Source: an uncultured Chloroflexia bacterium (GTDB lineage: Bacteria > Chloroflexota > Dehalococcoidia > DSTF01 > JALHUB01). From it: a DNA stretch of 64,000 nt. The notes beneath the pieces are model-generated. The model saw only the letters and a list, made by a program, of their open reading frames with translations. It searched no databases and was not told the origin of the DNA. Below are positions 53,664 through 61,812 of this stretch, piece after piece (positions within the stretch are counted from its first letter, which is position 1; the number at the start of each line of letters is the position of its first letter). Made by a program: the position numbers and the translations under genes. The stretch is from NCBI GenBank assembly GCA_963703345.1, contig OY969814.1, positions 1,472,001 to 1,536,000 on the forward strand. Direction: 5' to 3'.

Positions 53664-54971
53664 TCAACCCTCAGATCGTTCCCCCCCCCCTTCCCGCCCC
53701 TGCCGATCGAGTTCCACCAACCCTTCTAGCGTCTGCCACACAGTTCTCGGCCCCTGGCCGCCGGCACCTATCGCGTTGTAGATAGAGTGCGCCTGTCGGA
53801 GATGCTCCTTCGCCTTTCCGAGCTCGCCGCGCTGGCCGTAGACGATCCCTAGGTTGCCCAGCGCGTCGGCCTGGCCCAAACGGTAGGCGATCTGCTCGGC
53901 TATCTCGAGGGCCTGCGTGTAGCGTTTCTCCGCCCGCTCTGACTGAGCGCGCTGGTGGTAGACATTGCCCAGGCCAAGTAGGTCTTGGGCCTGGCCCAAG
54001 CGGTTGCCGATCTCGCTGTCTATGTTCAGGGCTTGCTTATAGGCCTTTTCTGCCAGTTCCAACCGGCCGCGTTGGTAGTAGACGTTGCCCAGGCCAAGTA
54101 GGTCTTGGGCCTGGCCCAAGCGGTTGCCGTCCATATTCAGGGCCCGCTCGAGGTTCTTTTCCGCCTTCCCCAATTCGCCGCGCAGGATGTATACGCTCCC
54201 CAGGTTACCTAGGTTTTGGGCTTCGCCGTGGCGGTTGCTGATCTTCCTCTGTATCTTTAACGCCTTCTTGAAGTGCTCCTCCGCCTCGTGCAGCTTGCCC
54301 TGCCGGAGGTACACGCCGCCCAGGTTGCACAAAGCACCGGCCTCACCCAGGCGGTCTCCGGTCTCCCGGTGTATGGTCACCGCCTCCTTCTGGTGCTTCT
54401 CAGCCTTCCCCAACTCGCCGCGCGCGGCGTAGGTGATACCCAGGTTGCTCAGAACGACGGCACGAGCGGTCAACGCGTCTCTATCCGGCGAGATGCGCGC
54501 GGCGACCTTCAGTACCTCCTTGTAGTCTGCCTCCGCCTTGCCATAATCGCTGACGGACTCGTAGCTGTTGCCACGGAGGATGCGGAGGGCGGCCCGCTGG
54601 GAGTCCGTCTCGGCCAGCACCAGAGCCCTCGTGAAGCGGTCAATGGCGTCCCGGTGCTTGTCGGCGCTCTGGGCCTCGTAACCCTCAAGCTGGAGGATGC
54701 GGGCCTCCTGGTATGCGGCCCTGAGCTTCTCGTTGACCGCCTGCGGCAGGCCGTCCACCCACTCCGACCCACGGTCGAGCTTGTTCTCTAAGTCCTTGAT
54801 CTGCTGTGCGACAGCACCGATGTCCACTGTGGTGGCCGGTCGGGGCTTGCCACGGTTCAGCCACCAGCGCACAGGAAAGGTGATGATAGCCCAGATGATC
54901 GCAGCCGCTCCGATCAGAGTAGCAATGGCCAGGACGGTCGGGTCGTGAATGAAGTCGCTTAGCTGGTGCAT
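53664..54971 (-). CDS. Membrane-anchored TPR protein
   Basis: N-terminal TM followed by about 8 GoLoco/NLR-type TPRs (GNRLGQA..L.NLG.VY). Confidence 0.85.
   Translation of the reverse strand: MHQLSDFIHDPTVLAIATLIGAAAIIWAIITFPVRWWLNRGKPRPATTVDIGAVAQQIKDLENKLDRGSEWVDGLPQAVNEKLRAAYQEARILQLEGYEAQSADKHRDAIDRFTRALVLAETDSQRAALRILRGNSYESVSDYGKAEADYKEVLKVAARISPDRDALTARAVVLSNLGITYAARGELGKAEKHQKEAVTIHRETGDRLGEAGALCNLGGVYLRQGKLHEAEEHFKKALKIQRKISNRHGEAQNLGNLGSVYILRGELGKAEKNLERALNMDGNRLGQAQDLLGLGNVYYQRGRLELAEKAYKQALNIDSEIGNRLGQAQDLLGLGNVYHQRAQSERAEKRYTQALEIAEQIAYRLGQADALGNLGIVYGQRGELGKAKEHLRQAHSIYNAIGAGGQGPRTVWQTLEGLVELDRQGREGGGERSEG
53965..54129. repeat. 45-bp perfect direct repeat with 120-bp period inside the TPR gene
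   Basis: TTGCCCAGGCCAAGTAGGTCTTGGGCCTGGCCCAAGCGGTTGCCG at 53965 and 54085. Confidence 0.9.
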
Positions 54972-54977
54972 TTCGGG

Positions 54978-55778
54978 CTAGGCCGTTATCTCCTCGCCGC
55001 CGTCTACGCCGATGACGTTGCCCGTCATCCAGTACAGCCGCTCGTCGCACAGCGCCGCAATCGCTTGCGATACGTCCTCCACCGTCGTCGCCCGACCGCT
55101 CGGGTTCTGCGCCGCCGACCGCTTGTACAGCGCCAGCGCGCCCGCTATCTTCCGCATCGCCGGCGTGTCCGTTATGCCCGCGCGAATGGAGTTGACGGCG
55201 ATTCCCGACGGCGCCAGCTCGACCGCAAGCTGCCGCACGTGCGACTCCAGCGCCGCCTTCGCCGCCGATACCGGCCCGTAGTTCGGGATCACCCGCGTCG
55301 AGCCGGAGCTGGTCATCGCAAACACGCGGCTGCCGCGACGCATCAGCTTCAGCGCCACAAGCTCCTGCGCCCAGTACACCAGGCTGTTCGCCATCACGTC
55401 GAGCGTCATCTCCATCTGGCGCTGGCTCACGCGCTGCTTCGGCCCCTCGGCGATGTATGGGACAAGCGTCCCGAACGCCAGCGAGTGCATGAACACGCGC
55501 ACGAACCCGTCGGGCTGCTCGCGCAGCGTCTCCTGAATCGACGATAGGACGGCGGCGCGCTTTTCGGCGTCGGCGGCGTTCGTGTTGAAGAAGACCGCCC
55601 GCCGTCCCAGCGACTCGACTTGTGCCATGACCCGCTGCGCGTTGGGCAGCGTCGAGCGCAGGTCCAGGTGGACGCCGAAGACGTTCATGCCGCTGCGCGC
55701 CAGCTCGACAGCCGTCGCCGCGCCGAAGCCGCTGGAGGCGCCGAGGATGAGCGCCCACTCCTGACTTTCCTTAGTCAA
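54978..55778 (-). CDS. SDR, enoyl-ACP reductase (FabL-like)
   Basis: LGASSGFG, Y..VSAAKAALE and T.A....AG motifs. Confidence 0.8.
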   Translation of the reverse strand: MTKESQEWALILGASSGFGAATAVELARSGMNVFGVHLDLRSTLPNAQRVMAQVESLGRRAVFFNTNAADAEKRAAVLSSIQETLREQPDGFVRVFMHSLAFGTLVPYIAEGPKQRVSQRQMEMTLDVMANSLVYWAQELVALKLMRRGSRVFAMTSSGSTRVIPNYGPVSAAKAALESHVRQLAVELAPSGIAVNSIRAGITDTPAMRKIAGALALYKRSAAQNPSGRATTVEDVSQAIAALCDERLYWMTGNVIGVDGGEEITA

Positions 55779-55827
55779 AGCAATGCCTCCTTGTTGCTGA
55801 GATGGCCGGCGATTGGAAGAAGAAGGT

Positions 55828-56694
55828 TCAACTCAGGTCAAGCGACCGGAGGTACTGGCGTAGCTGAGGCGCCAGGTCCGGACGTTGCAGCATCAGCTCC
55901 AGCGACGCCTGCAGCAGCCCGAGGGGGCGGCCCGTGTCGTAGCGCTTGCCCTGGAAGCGATAGGCGAAGATAGGATGCGTCTTCAGCAGCAGCGCCAGGC
56001 CGTCGGTGATCTGGATCTCGCCGCCGATGCCGGGCTTCGTCTCGTGGAGGGCGGCGAAGACGTCCGGCGTGAGCACGTAGCGCCCCACGACGCCCAGGTC
56101 CGACGGCGCCTCTTCCGGCCTCGGCTTCTCGACCAGCGCCTTGACGCGAAAGACGTCCTCCTCCAGCAGCTCCACGGCCATCGAGCCGTAGTGGCTTATC
56201 TCCTCGTGCGGCACCTGCTCGACGGCCAGCACGCAGCCGTCGTGCCGATCGTAGACGTCGATGAGCTGGCGCGTGACCGGTGGGTCCGCGACGATGATGT
56301 CGTCGGGAAAGTACAGCACGAACGGCTCGCCGCAGATGATCGTCTCGGCGGCCAGCACGGCGTGCCCGATGCCCTTCTGCTCCTTCTGGCGCACGAAGAC
56401 CATCTCCGCCATGTCCGCGATGCCGCGGATCTCGTCCCGTCGCGCCAGGTCGCCCTTCTCTTCCAGCGCGCGCTCCAACGCCGGCGCGTAGTCGAAGTAG
56501 TTCTCGACGGCGCGTTTTCCGGCGGAAGTTACGATAATGATCTGCTCGATGCCCGAAGCTACCGCCTCCTCAACGACGTAATGGATGACCGGCTTATCGA
56601 CGAGCGGCAGCATCTCTTTCGGGCTTGCCTTGGTGACGGGGAGCATGCGGGTGCCGTAGCCGGCGGCGAGGATGAGACCTTTGCGAACGCGCAT
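55828..56694 (-). CDS. galU: UTP-glucose-1-phosphate uridylyltransferase
   Basis: AAG.GTR.LP.TK..PKEMLP, VEKP and GGEIQITD motifs. Confidence 0.93.
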   Translation of the reverse strand: MRVRKGLILAAGYGTRMLPVTKASPKEMLPLVDKPVIHYVVEEAVASGIEQIIIVTSAGKRAVENYFDYAPALERALEEKGDLARRDEIRGIADMAEMVFVRQKEQKGIGHAVLAAETIICGEPFVLYFPDDIIVADPPVTRQLIDVYDRHDGCVLAVEQVPHEEISHYGSMAVELLEEDVFRVKALVEKPRPEEAPSDLGVVGRYVLTPDVFAALHETKPGIGGEIQITDGLALLLKTHPIFAYRFQGKRYDTGRPLGLLQASLELMLQRPDLAPQLRQYLRSLDLS

Positions 56695-57010
56695 CCTTGT
56701 CTCCGTTCGTTCGTGGGGCAACGAAAGGCTTCTGCAAGCGATTCTACGACGGGCGTGCTGCGCGGGCAAGGCGATATTCGACTGCCGCGTCGAGGCGGAA
56801 GGGGCGTGCCTACCCTAAGCGGCAAGGAGGGGCATTCCAGCTTCGGTGACGCGTCGGTTTGCCAGGGGTTGCCGGCCTCTGGTATAGTACTTACTTGGTC
56901 TGGCTTTCCCAGCCAGGGAAATGCTTCAGGCTTTGGAAAGCCTTGGAACGGTGGGCACCTTTACGTCCTCAGGGGTTGACTTTAGACAATAACCCCATGG
57001 TAGGATGTCG

Positions 57011-57281
57011 CGGTCGTGCTAGACGGGGAGCTAGCGGTGCCCTGAACCCGCAATCCGCTATAGCGGGGTTGAATTCCCGTTCGAGGCCTCAGGCACCGGG
57101 GGACTGGTGCCGCTGCGCGGCGTAGAAGGCCTGGTCCTACGCGGCGAAACCCTATGAACCCCGTCAGGTCCGGAAGGAAGCAGCGGTAAGTAGTGGTCTT
57201 CGGGTGCCGTAGGGCAACCGGGCCAGAGCAAGCGGACGGCGCTAAGCCCGCGGGCCGGGTCGACAACGGGTGCACGACCGT
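57011..57281 (+). ncRNA. ffs: Large bacterial SRP RNA (with Alu domain)
   Basis: CGTGCTAGACGGGGAG.TAGCGGTGCCCTG Alu 5' end; S-domain TCAGGTCCGGAAGGAAGCAGC; terminal CGGTCGTGC/GCACGACCG pairing. Confidence 0.93.
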
Positions 57282-57322
57282 CATTTTCCTTGGCCGCTCC
57301 GCGGTAGTTAAAGAGAGAGCTT

Positions 57323-58813
57323 TTGCCCGCTCGACAAAACGGAGCACGAATCCTCAGGGCGCTGAGGGGCCGGCTGTTCAAGGCCAATTCGGGCCCGCCG
57401 GCCGGCTTTCCCATCAGCCGCTCTGGCCTCGCCTTCCTCGTCGCCCTCGCTTTCATCGCCCTCCTCACGTTCGTCGTCTTTCCCGCGCGCCGCATGACCG
57501 TCGTCGCCGATGGTGTCAGCCACTTCGTCCAGAGCCGCGAGAAGTCCGACGCGGCGATACTCCATCGCGCCAACGTTACCCTGGAAGTTGGCGACCGGGT
57601 CCTGCACCAGGCGGACCCCCGCGGCGAGCCGCAGCTTTCCGTGTCGCGGGCGACGCCGGTAGTGGCCGAAGTATCCGGTCATCTCGTCTACTGGCGCACG
57701 CAGGCGAAGACGCTCGGCGGCGCCCTGTCCGAGATCGGCGTGACCCTCGATGACGGCGACAGGGTTCTGGTCAACGGCGTCGTCACCTCGCCGCGCGACC
57801 CACTTGTGCCGCTGGCGCCGCGCATGGTCGCCAGCGCCCTCAGCCTGGCGCGACTGCCCTCGCTGACGCTTTCCGACGACCATCCGCTGTCGATCACCGT
57901 GAGGCGCGCCGTGCCGCTCACGGTTCTTGAGGACGGCCACAGCCTCAGTCTGCGCTCCACCGAGCCGACGCTGGCGCTGGCCCTTAAGGAAAACGCGATC
58001 CTTCTCGGCCCCGGCGACCTCGTTCGGCCCGATCCCGAGACGCCGCTCACCGCCGGCCTCAGCGCCGAGGTAGACCACGCGGCGAAGGTCACGATATCCC
58101 TGCCGGAGGGTGCGACCGTCGTTTACAGCCGCGCTAAGACCGTAGGCGATGCGCTGGATGAGGCAGGCATCGGCCTGACGCCGCTCGACGAAGTGTGGCC
58201 GGCCCGCGATGAGCCCTTATCGCCCGACATGCAGGTGGAGGTAATCCGCGTAACGGTCGGGTCCGTCGTCGACCGCGAGGACATCCCCTACCGAACGGTC
58301 TTCCGCGGCGATCCCGCGCTCGCCTGGGGAGACTCGCGCCGCGTCGAGGGGCAGCCGGGCGTTCACGCGTCGGAGTACCAGGTAACCTACGAGAACGGTC
58401 AGGAGACCGGTCGCGTCCTCGTCCGGGACTGGGTGGAGCAGGAGCCGCAAGACGCCGCAGTCTACTACTCCGCCGCCTCCAACTCCAGCGCCGCCGGCAT
58501 CCCAGACGGCATGCAGGTCGTCGAAGTCAAGCACGTCTACGCCACCTGGTATGATCCCGCCTCCGCCGGCAAGCCCCGCTCTTCTCCCGGCTACGGCTAC
58601 ACCAGCACCGGCGTCCAGGTCACGCGGGGCATTGTCGCCGTCGATCCGTCGGTGATACCATACGGAACGAAGATGTTCATTCCCGGGTACGGCTTCGCCG
58701 TTGCGGCCGACTGCGGCGGCGGCGTCAAGGGGAACATGATCGACCTCGGCTATCCCGACGACTACCCCGTCGATTGGTCTCCCCACTCGGTCGACATCTA
58801 CATTCTTGGTTGA
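57323..58813 (+). CDS. YabE/RpfB-like cell-wall enzyme (DUF348 repeats, G5, 3D domain)
   Basis: N-terminal TM; T...T...AL.E.G..L...D repeats; AVDP.VIP.GT....PGYG..VAAD.GG..KGN.ID; start uncertain. Confidence 0.85.
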   Translation: MPARQNGARILRALRGRLFKANSGPPAGFPISRSGLAFLVALAFIALLTFVVFPARRMTVVADGVSHFVQSREKSDAAILHRANVTLEVGDRVLHQADPRGEPQLSVSRATPVVAEVSGHLVYWRTQAKTLGGALSEIGVTLDDGDRVLVNGVVTSPRDPLVPLAPRMVASALSLARLPSLTLSDDHPLSITVRRAVPLTVLEDGHSLSLRSTEPTLALALKENAILLGPGDLVRPDPETPLTAGLSAEVDHAAKVTISLPEGATVVYSRAKTVGDALDEAGIGLTPLDEVWPARDEPLSPDMQVEVIRVTVGSVVDREDIPYRTVFRGDPALAWGDSRRVEGQPGVHASEYQVTYENGQETGRVLVRDWVEQEPQDAAVYYSAASNSSAAGIPDGMQVVEVKHVYATWYDPASAGKPRSSPGYGYTSTGVQVTRGIVAVDPSVIPYGTKMFIPGYGFAVAADCGGGVKGNMIDLGYPDDYPVDWSPHSVDIYILG

Positions 58814-59706
58814 CGAGCCCGACAACGCCGCGACGCAATAGCAGCACTGCTCATCGCTTCCGACTGCGTAGCGCTCTCCCGCGCGACCTCGCGCTCGCCG
58901 GCCTCACCGCACGCAAGAGCCTCGGCCAGCACTTCCTGACCGATCGCCGCATCCTTCGACGCATCGTCAACGCCGCCAGACTCACTCCCGAAGACACCGT
59001 CGTCGAGGTCGGCGCCGGCCTGGGCGTGCTGACGGCGCAACTCGCGAAGCGGGCCGGCAAGGTGATCGCCGTGGAGGTCGACGAGGCTCTCTGCGAGCAC
59101 TTGCGCCGTCGCTTCGAGGGTACCCCGAACCTTTCCCTCGTCTGCGCCGACGTCATGGCCGTCTCGCCGGAAGAGTTGCTGCGTGCACAAGGCGCCCGGC
59201 CGCCGTACGTTGTCGCTGGCAACCTGCCCTACAACATCGCGGCCGCCGTGCTGCGCCACTTCCTCGAGGCGTCGCAGCCGCCGCAGAGGATGGTTGTCAT
59301 GGTGCAGAAGGAGGTAGCGGAGAGGATCGTCGCTGGCCCCGGACGAATGAGCTTGCTGGCGCTCAGCATTCAGCTCTATGCCGTCCCGCGACTCCTCTTC
59401 ACCGTGCCGCCGTCCGCCTTCCGTCCGCCGCCGAGAGTGGAGTCGGCGGTGCTGAGACTGGACGTGCGCGAGGAGCCCGCCGTGCCCGTCGACGACGTTG
59501 ACGCCTTCTTTCGCATCCTGAGGGCCGGCTTCAGCGCGCCGCGCAAACAGTTGCGGAACGCCCTCAGCCACGCCCTCGGCCGCGACGCCGTCGAAATCGA
59601 AGGAGCGGTGCGCCGCGCGGGCGTCGATCCAACGTTGCGTGCGCAGGCGCTGAGTCTGGAGCAATGGTCCGCGCTGTTCCGCGCTCTCCGGGAGGAACCC
59701 GCATGA
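58810..59706 (+). CDS. rsmA: 16S rRNA dimethyladenosine transferase
   Basis: KSLGQHFL, EVGAG.G.LT, NLPYNI and QKEVAER motifs. Confidence 0.95.
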   Translation: MTSPTTPRRNSSTAHRFRLRSALPRDLALAGLTARKSLGQHFLTDRRILRRIVNAARLTPEDTVVEVGAGLGVLTAQLAKRAGKVIAVEVDEALCEHLRRRFEGTPNLSLVCADVMAVSPEELLRAQGARPPYVVAGNLPYNIAAAVLRHFLEASQPPQRMVVMVQKEVAERIVAGPGRMSLLALSIQLYAVPRLLFTVPPSAFRPPPRVESAVLRLDVREEPAVPVDDVDAFFRILRAGFSAPRKQLRNALSHALGRDAVEIEGAVRRAGVDPTLRAQALSLEQWSALFRALREEPA

Positions 59707-60584
59707 AGCTGCGCCTCATCGCCGCCGCGAAGATCAACTGGACGCTGGAGGCGCTTCGCCGCCGCGACGACGGCTACCACGAGATACGGACGGTCTTCCA
59801 GACCATCGCCTTGCACGACAGCGTCGTTCTCTCTTCCGCCGACGCTCTGGAGTTGCGACTTGTCGGGCCGTCGCCGTCGCAGGCCTGGTCGCCCGAAGAC
59901 GATCTCGCGTATCGAGCGGCGAACGCCCTGCGCGAGGAGGTTGGCGATCCATCTTTCGGCGCGCTCATCGAGCTTGAGAAGATCGTGCCCGCCTCGGCGG
60001 GCCTCGGCGGAGGTAGCAGCGACGCCGCCGCGGTGCTGCGGGGCCTGAATCGTCTCTGGCGACTGGACTTCGACCTGGCGCGCCTCGCCCGCATCGCCGC
60101 CTCGCTCGGCAGCGACGTTCCATTCTTCTTGACGGGCGGCACCGCCATGGCCGGCGGCCGCGGCGACGAAGTCGCCCCCCTGGCGGACGTTCCGCTTGAG
60201 GAAGTGGTCATCGCCGTCCCGCGCGACCGCCTGCCGCAGAAGACCGCTCTCATGTACGGTCAATTGCGACCCGAGAACTGCACGTCCGGTGAGCACACCA
60301 ATCGCCTCGTCGAGAAGCTGACGCACGGGGCCGCCGTCTCCGACGACGACGTCTTCAACGTCTTCGAGGCCGTTCTCTCCGATTCCATGCCGCTCGTCGC
60401 AGCCCTGGCGGAAGAGTGCGTGGAGGTCGGCGCCTGTCCGCATCTCGCCGGCAGCGGGCCCGCCTTCTTCTTCCTCTCGCCGCCTGCAGAGGGTGTGAAG
60501 GAGCGCCTCCTGCGCGCCGGCGTCGAGCTCTTTGAGACGACGACGCTGACGGCAGCCGAATCGACCGCGTGGGAGGAGCTCTAG
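59703..60584 (+). CDS. ispE: CDP-ME kinase
   Basis: AKIN..L, DGYHE, AGLGGGSSDAA and GSDVPF motifs. Confidence 0.93.
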   Translation: MKLRLIAAAKINWTLEALRRRDDGYHEIRTVFQTIALHDSVVLSSADALELRLVGPSPSQAWSPEDDLAYRAANALREEVGDPSFGALIELEKIVPASAGLGGGSSDAAAVLRGLNRLWRLDFDLARLARIAASLGSDVPFFLTGGTAMAGGRGDEVAPLADVPLEEVVIAVPRDRLPQKTALMYGQLRPENCTSGEHTNRLVEKLTHGAAVSDDDVFNVFEAVLSDSMPLVAALAEECVEVGACPHLAGSGPAFFFLSPPAEGVKERLLRAGVELFETTTLTAAESTAWEEL

Positions 60585-60590
60585 CGACCC

Positions 60591-61022
60591 ATGCCCGAAA
60601 TTTTCGCTGCCTTCGTCTGCGGCTTCGCGCTTTCCATTATCGCGACGCCGCCTTTCGCCCTCTGGGTGCTGAACGCCCGCGACGACATACCATTCATCCG
60701 CAACGCCGTCCCGCAGGGCATGCCGCTCACGCTTCTCTCCGTCCCGATATCGTCCTTCTTCTTCCTCCTCTGGACCGGCCTGGGCCTCATATACGGCATG
60801 GTGCTCATCGCCGCCAACAACTCGCATCCCAATCACGGTCTGGCCAGCCCCAACCTGCTCTATACGCTGTTCATCCTGCTCACCGCCGTCATCTTCCTGC
60901 CGTTCTACGTCCTGATCCCTTCGGCGCGACGCCTGGCCCTCTTCCTAGTCCTTACTTACGTCGCCCTCTTCGGCTGGGCCACGCCCTGGCTCGCTCACTA
61001 CGCCGCAACTCGCGTAAGCTGA
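60591..61022 (+). CDS. Small 4-TM membrane protein
   Basis: Hydrophobic ORF with host codon usage, in operon position. Confidence 0.7.
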   Translation: MPEIFAAFVCGFALSIIATPPFALWVLNARDDIPFIRNAVPQGMPLTLLSVPISSFFFLLWTGLGLIYGMVLIAANNSHPNHGLASPNLLYTLFILLTAVIFLPFYVLIPSARRLALFLVLTYVALFGWATPWLAHYAATRVS

Positions 61023-61058
61023 GGGTGCAATTTTGGCGGCAGGCCGGAGGCGAGACGC

Positions 61059-61751
61059 GTGACAAGCGTTATCGATATGCATATCCACACCACGCGCGGC
61101 GCGAGCGACAGCAGCCTGCGCCCCGTGGAGCTTGCCCGCATCGCCCGACGCCTCGGCCTCTCCGCCGTCGTTGTCACCGAGCACGACCGGCTGTGGGACC
61201 CGCTGGAGGTCGCGCGTTTCCGCGAGGAGCGCTCTCTACTGCTGATCAACGGCATGGAGGTCTCGACTAATCTCGGCCACGTGCTTGTGCTCGGGCTGCA
61301 CGCCTATCTGCCGGCGATGCGTTACGCGGAGGAGCTGCGACGCATCGTCAGCGACGCCGGCGGCTACATGATCGCGGCGCATCCCTTCCGGCACGAGTTC
61401 AGCCGCGTCGAGTGGGAGCGGCAGGGGCTGAAGCCGCGCCAGCTTTCGCCGGCTGAGGCGGCGCGCCTGCCTTTGCTCTGCCTCGTCGACGCCATCGAAG
61501 TGCTGAACGGCGGCAACAGCCCGGAGGAGAACGTCTTCGCCCTCGAAGTCGCGCAGGTGCTGGGGAAGCCCGGTGTCGGCGGCAGCGACGCGCACTCGCA
61601 CCAGGGCATCGGCATCCATACGACGGTCTTCGAGCGAACCCTGGAATCGGAAGCAGACCTCCTGCGCGAGCTGCATGCGGGGCGCTTCTACCCGGCAAGC
61701 GGCCTGCTGCAGGGCGACATGCAGCCCTTCACTTTGCCTGCGGACTTCTAG
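61059..61751 (+). CDS. PHP-domain phosphoesterase
   Basis: DMHIHT, TEHD, AHPFR and GGSDAH motifs. Confidence 0.9.
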   Translation: MTSVIDMHIHTTRGASDSSLRPVELARIARRLGLSAVVVTEHDRLWDPLEVARFREERSLLLINGMEVSTNLGHVLVLGLHAYLPAMRYAEELRRIVSDAGGYMIAAHPFRHEFSRVEWERQGLKPRQLSPAEAARLPLLCLVDAIEVLNGGNSPEENVFALEVAQVLGKPGVGGSDAHSHQGIGIHTTVFERTLESEADLLRELHAGRFYPASGLLQGDMQPFTLPADF

Positions 61752-61812
61752 CCCCTACCGCTTCGGCCGTTCCGACCGCTAGAATGAGATGGGTTTTCCC
61801 CCAAGGACAAGC

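Noticed and set aside
57282-57400. c-di-AMP (ydaO) riboswitch before the YabE-like gene
   Set aside because: The gap after the SRP RNA is short and lacks the consensus
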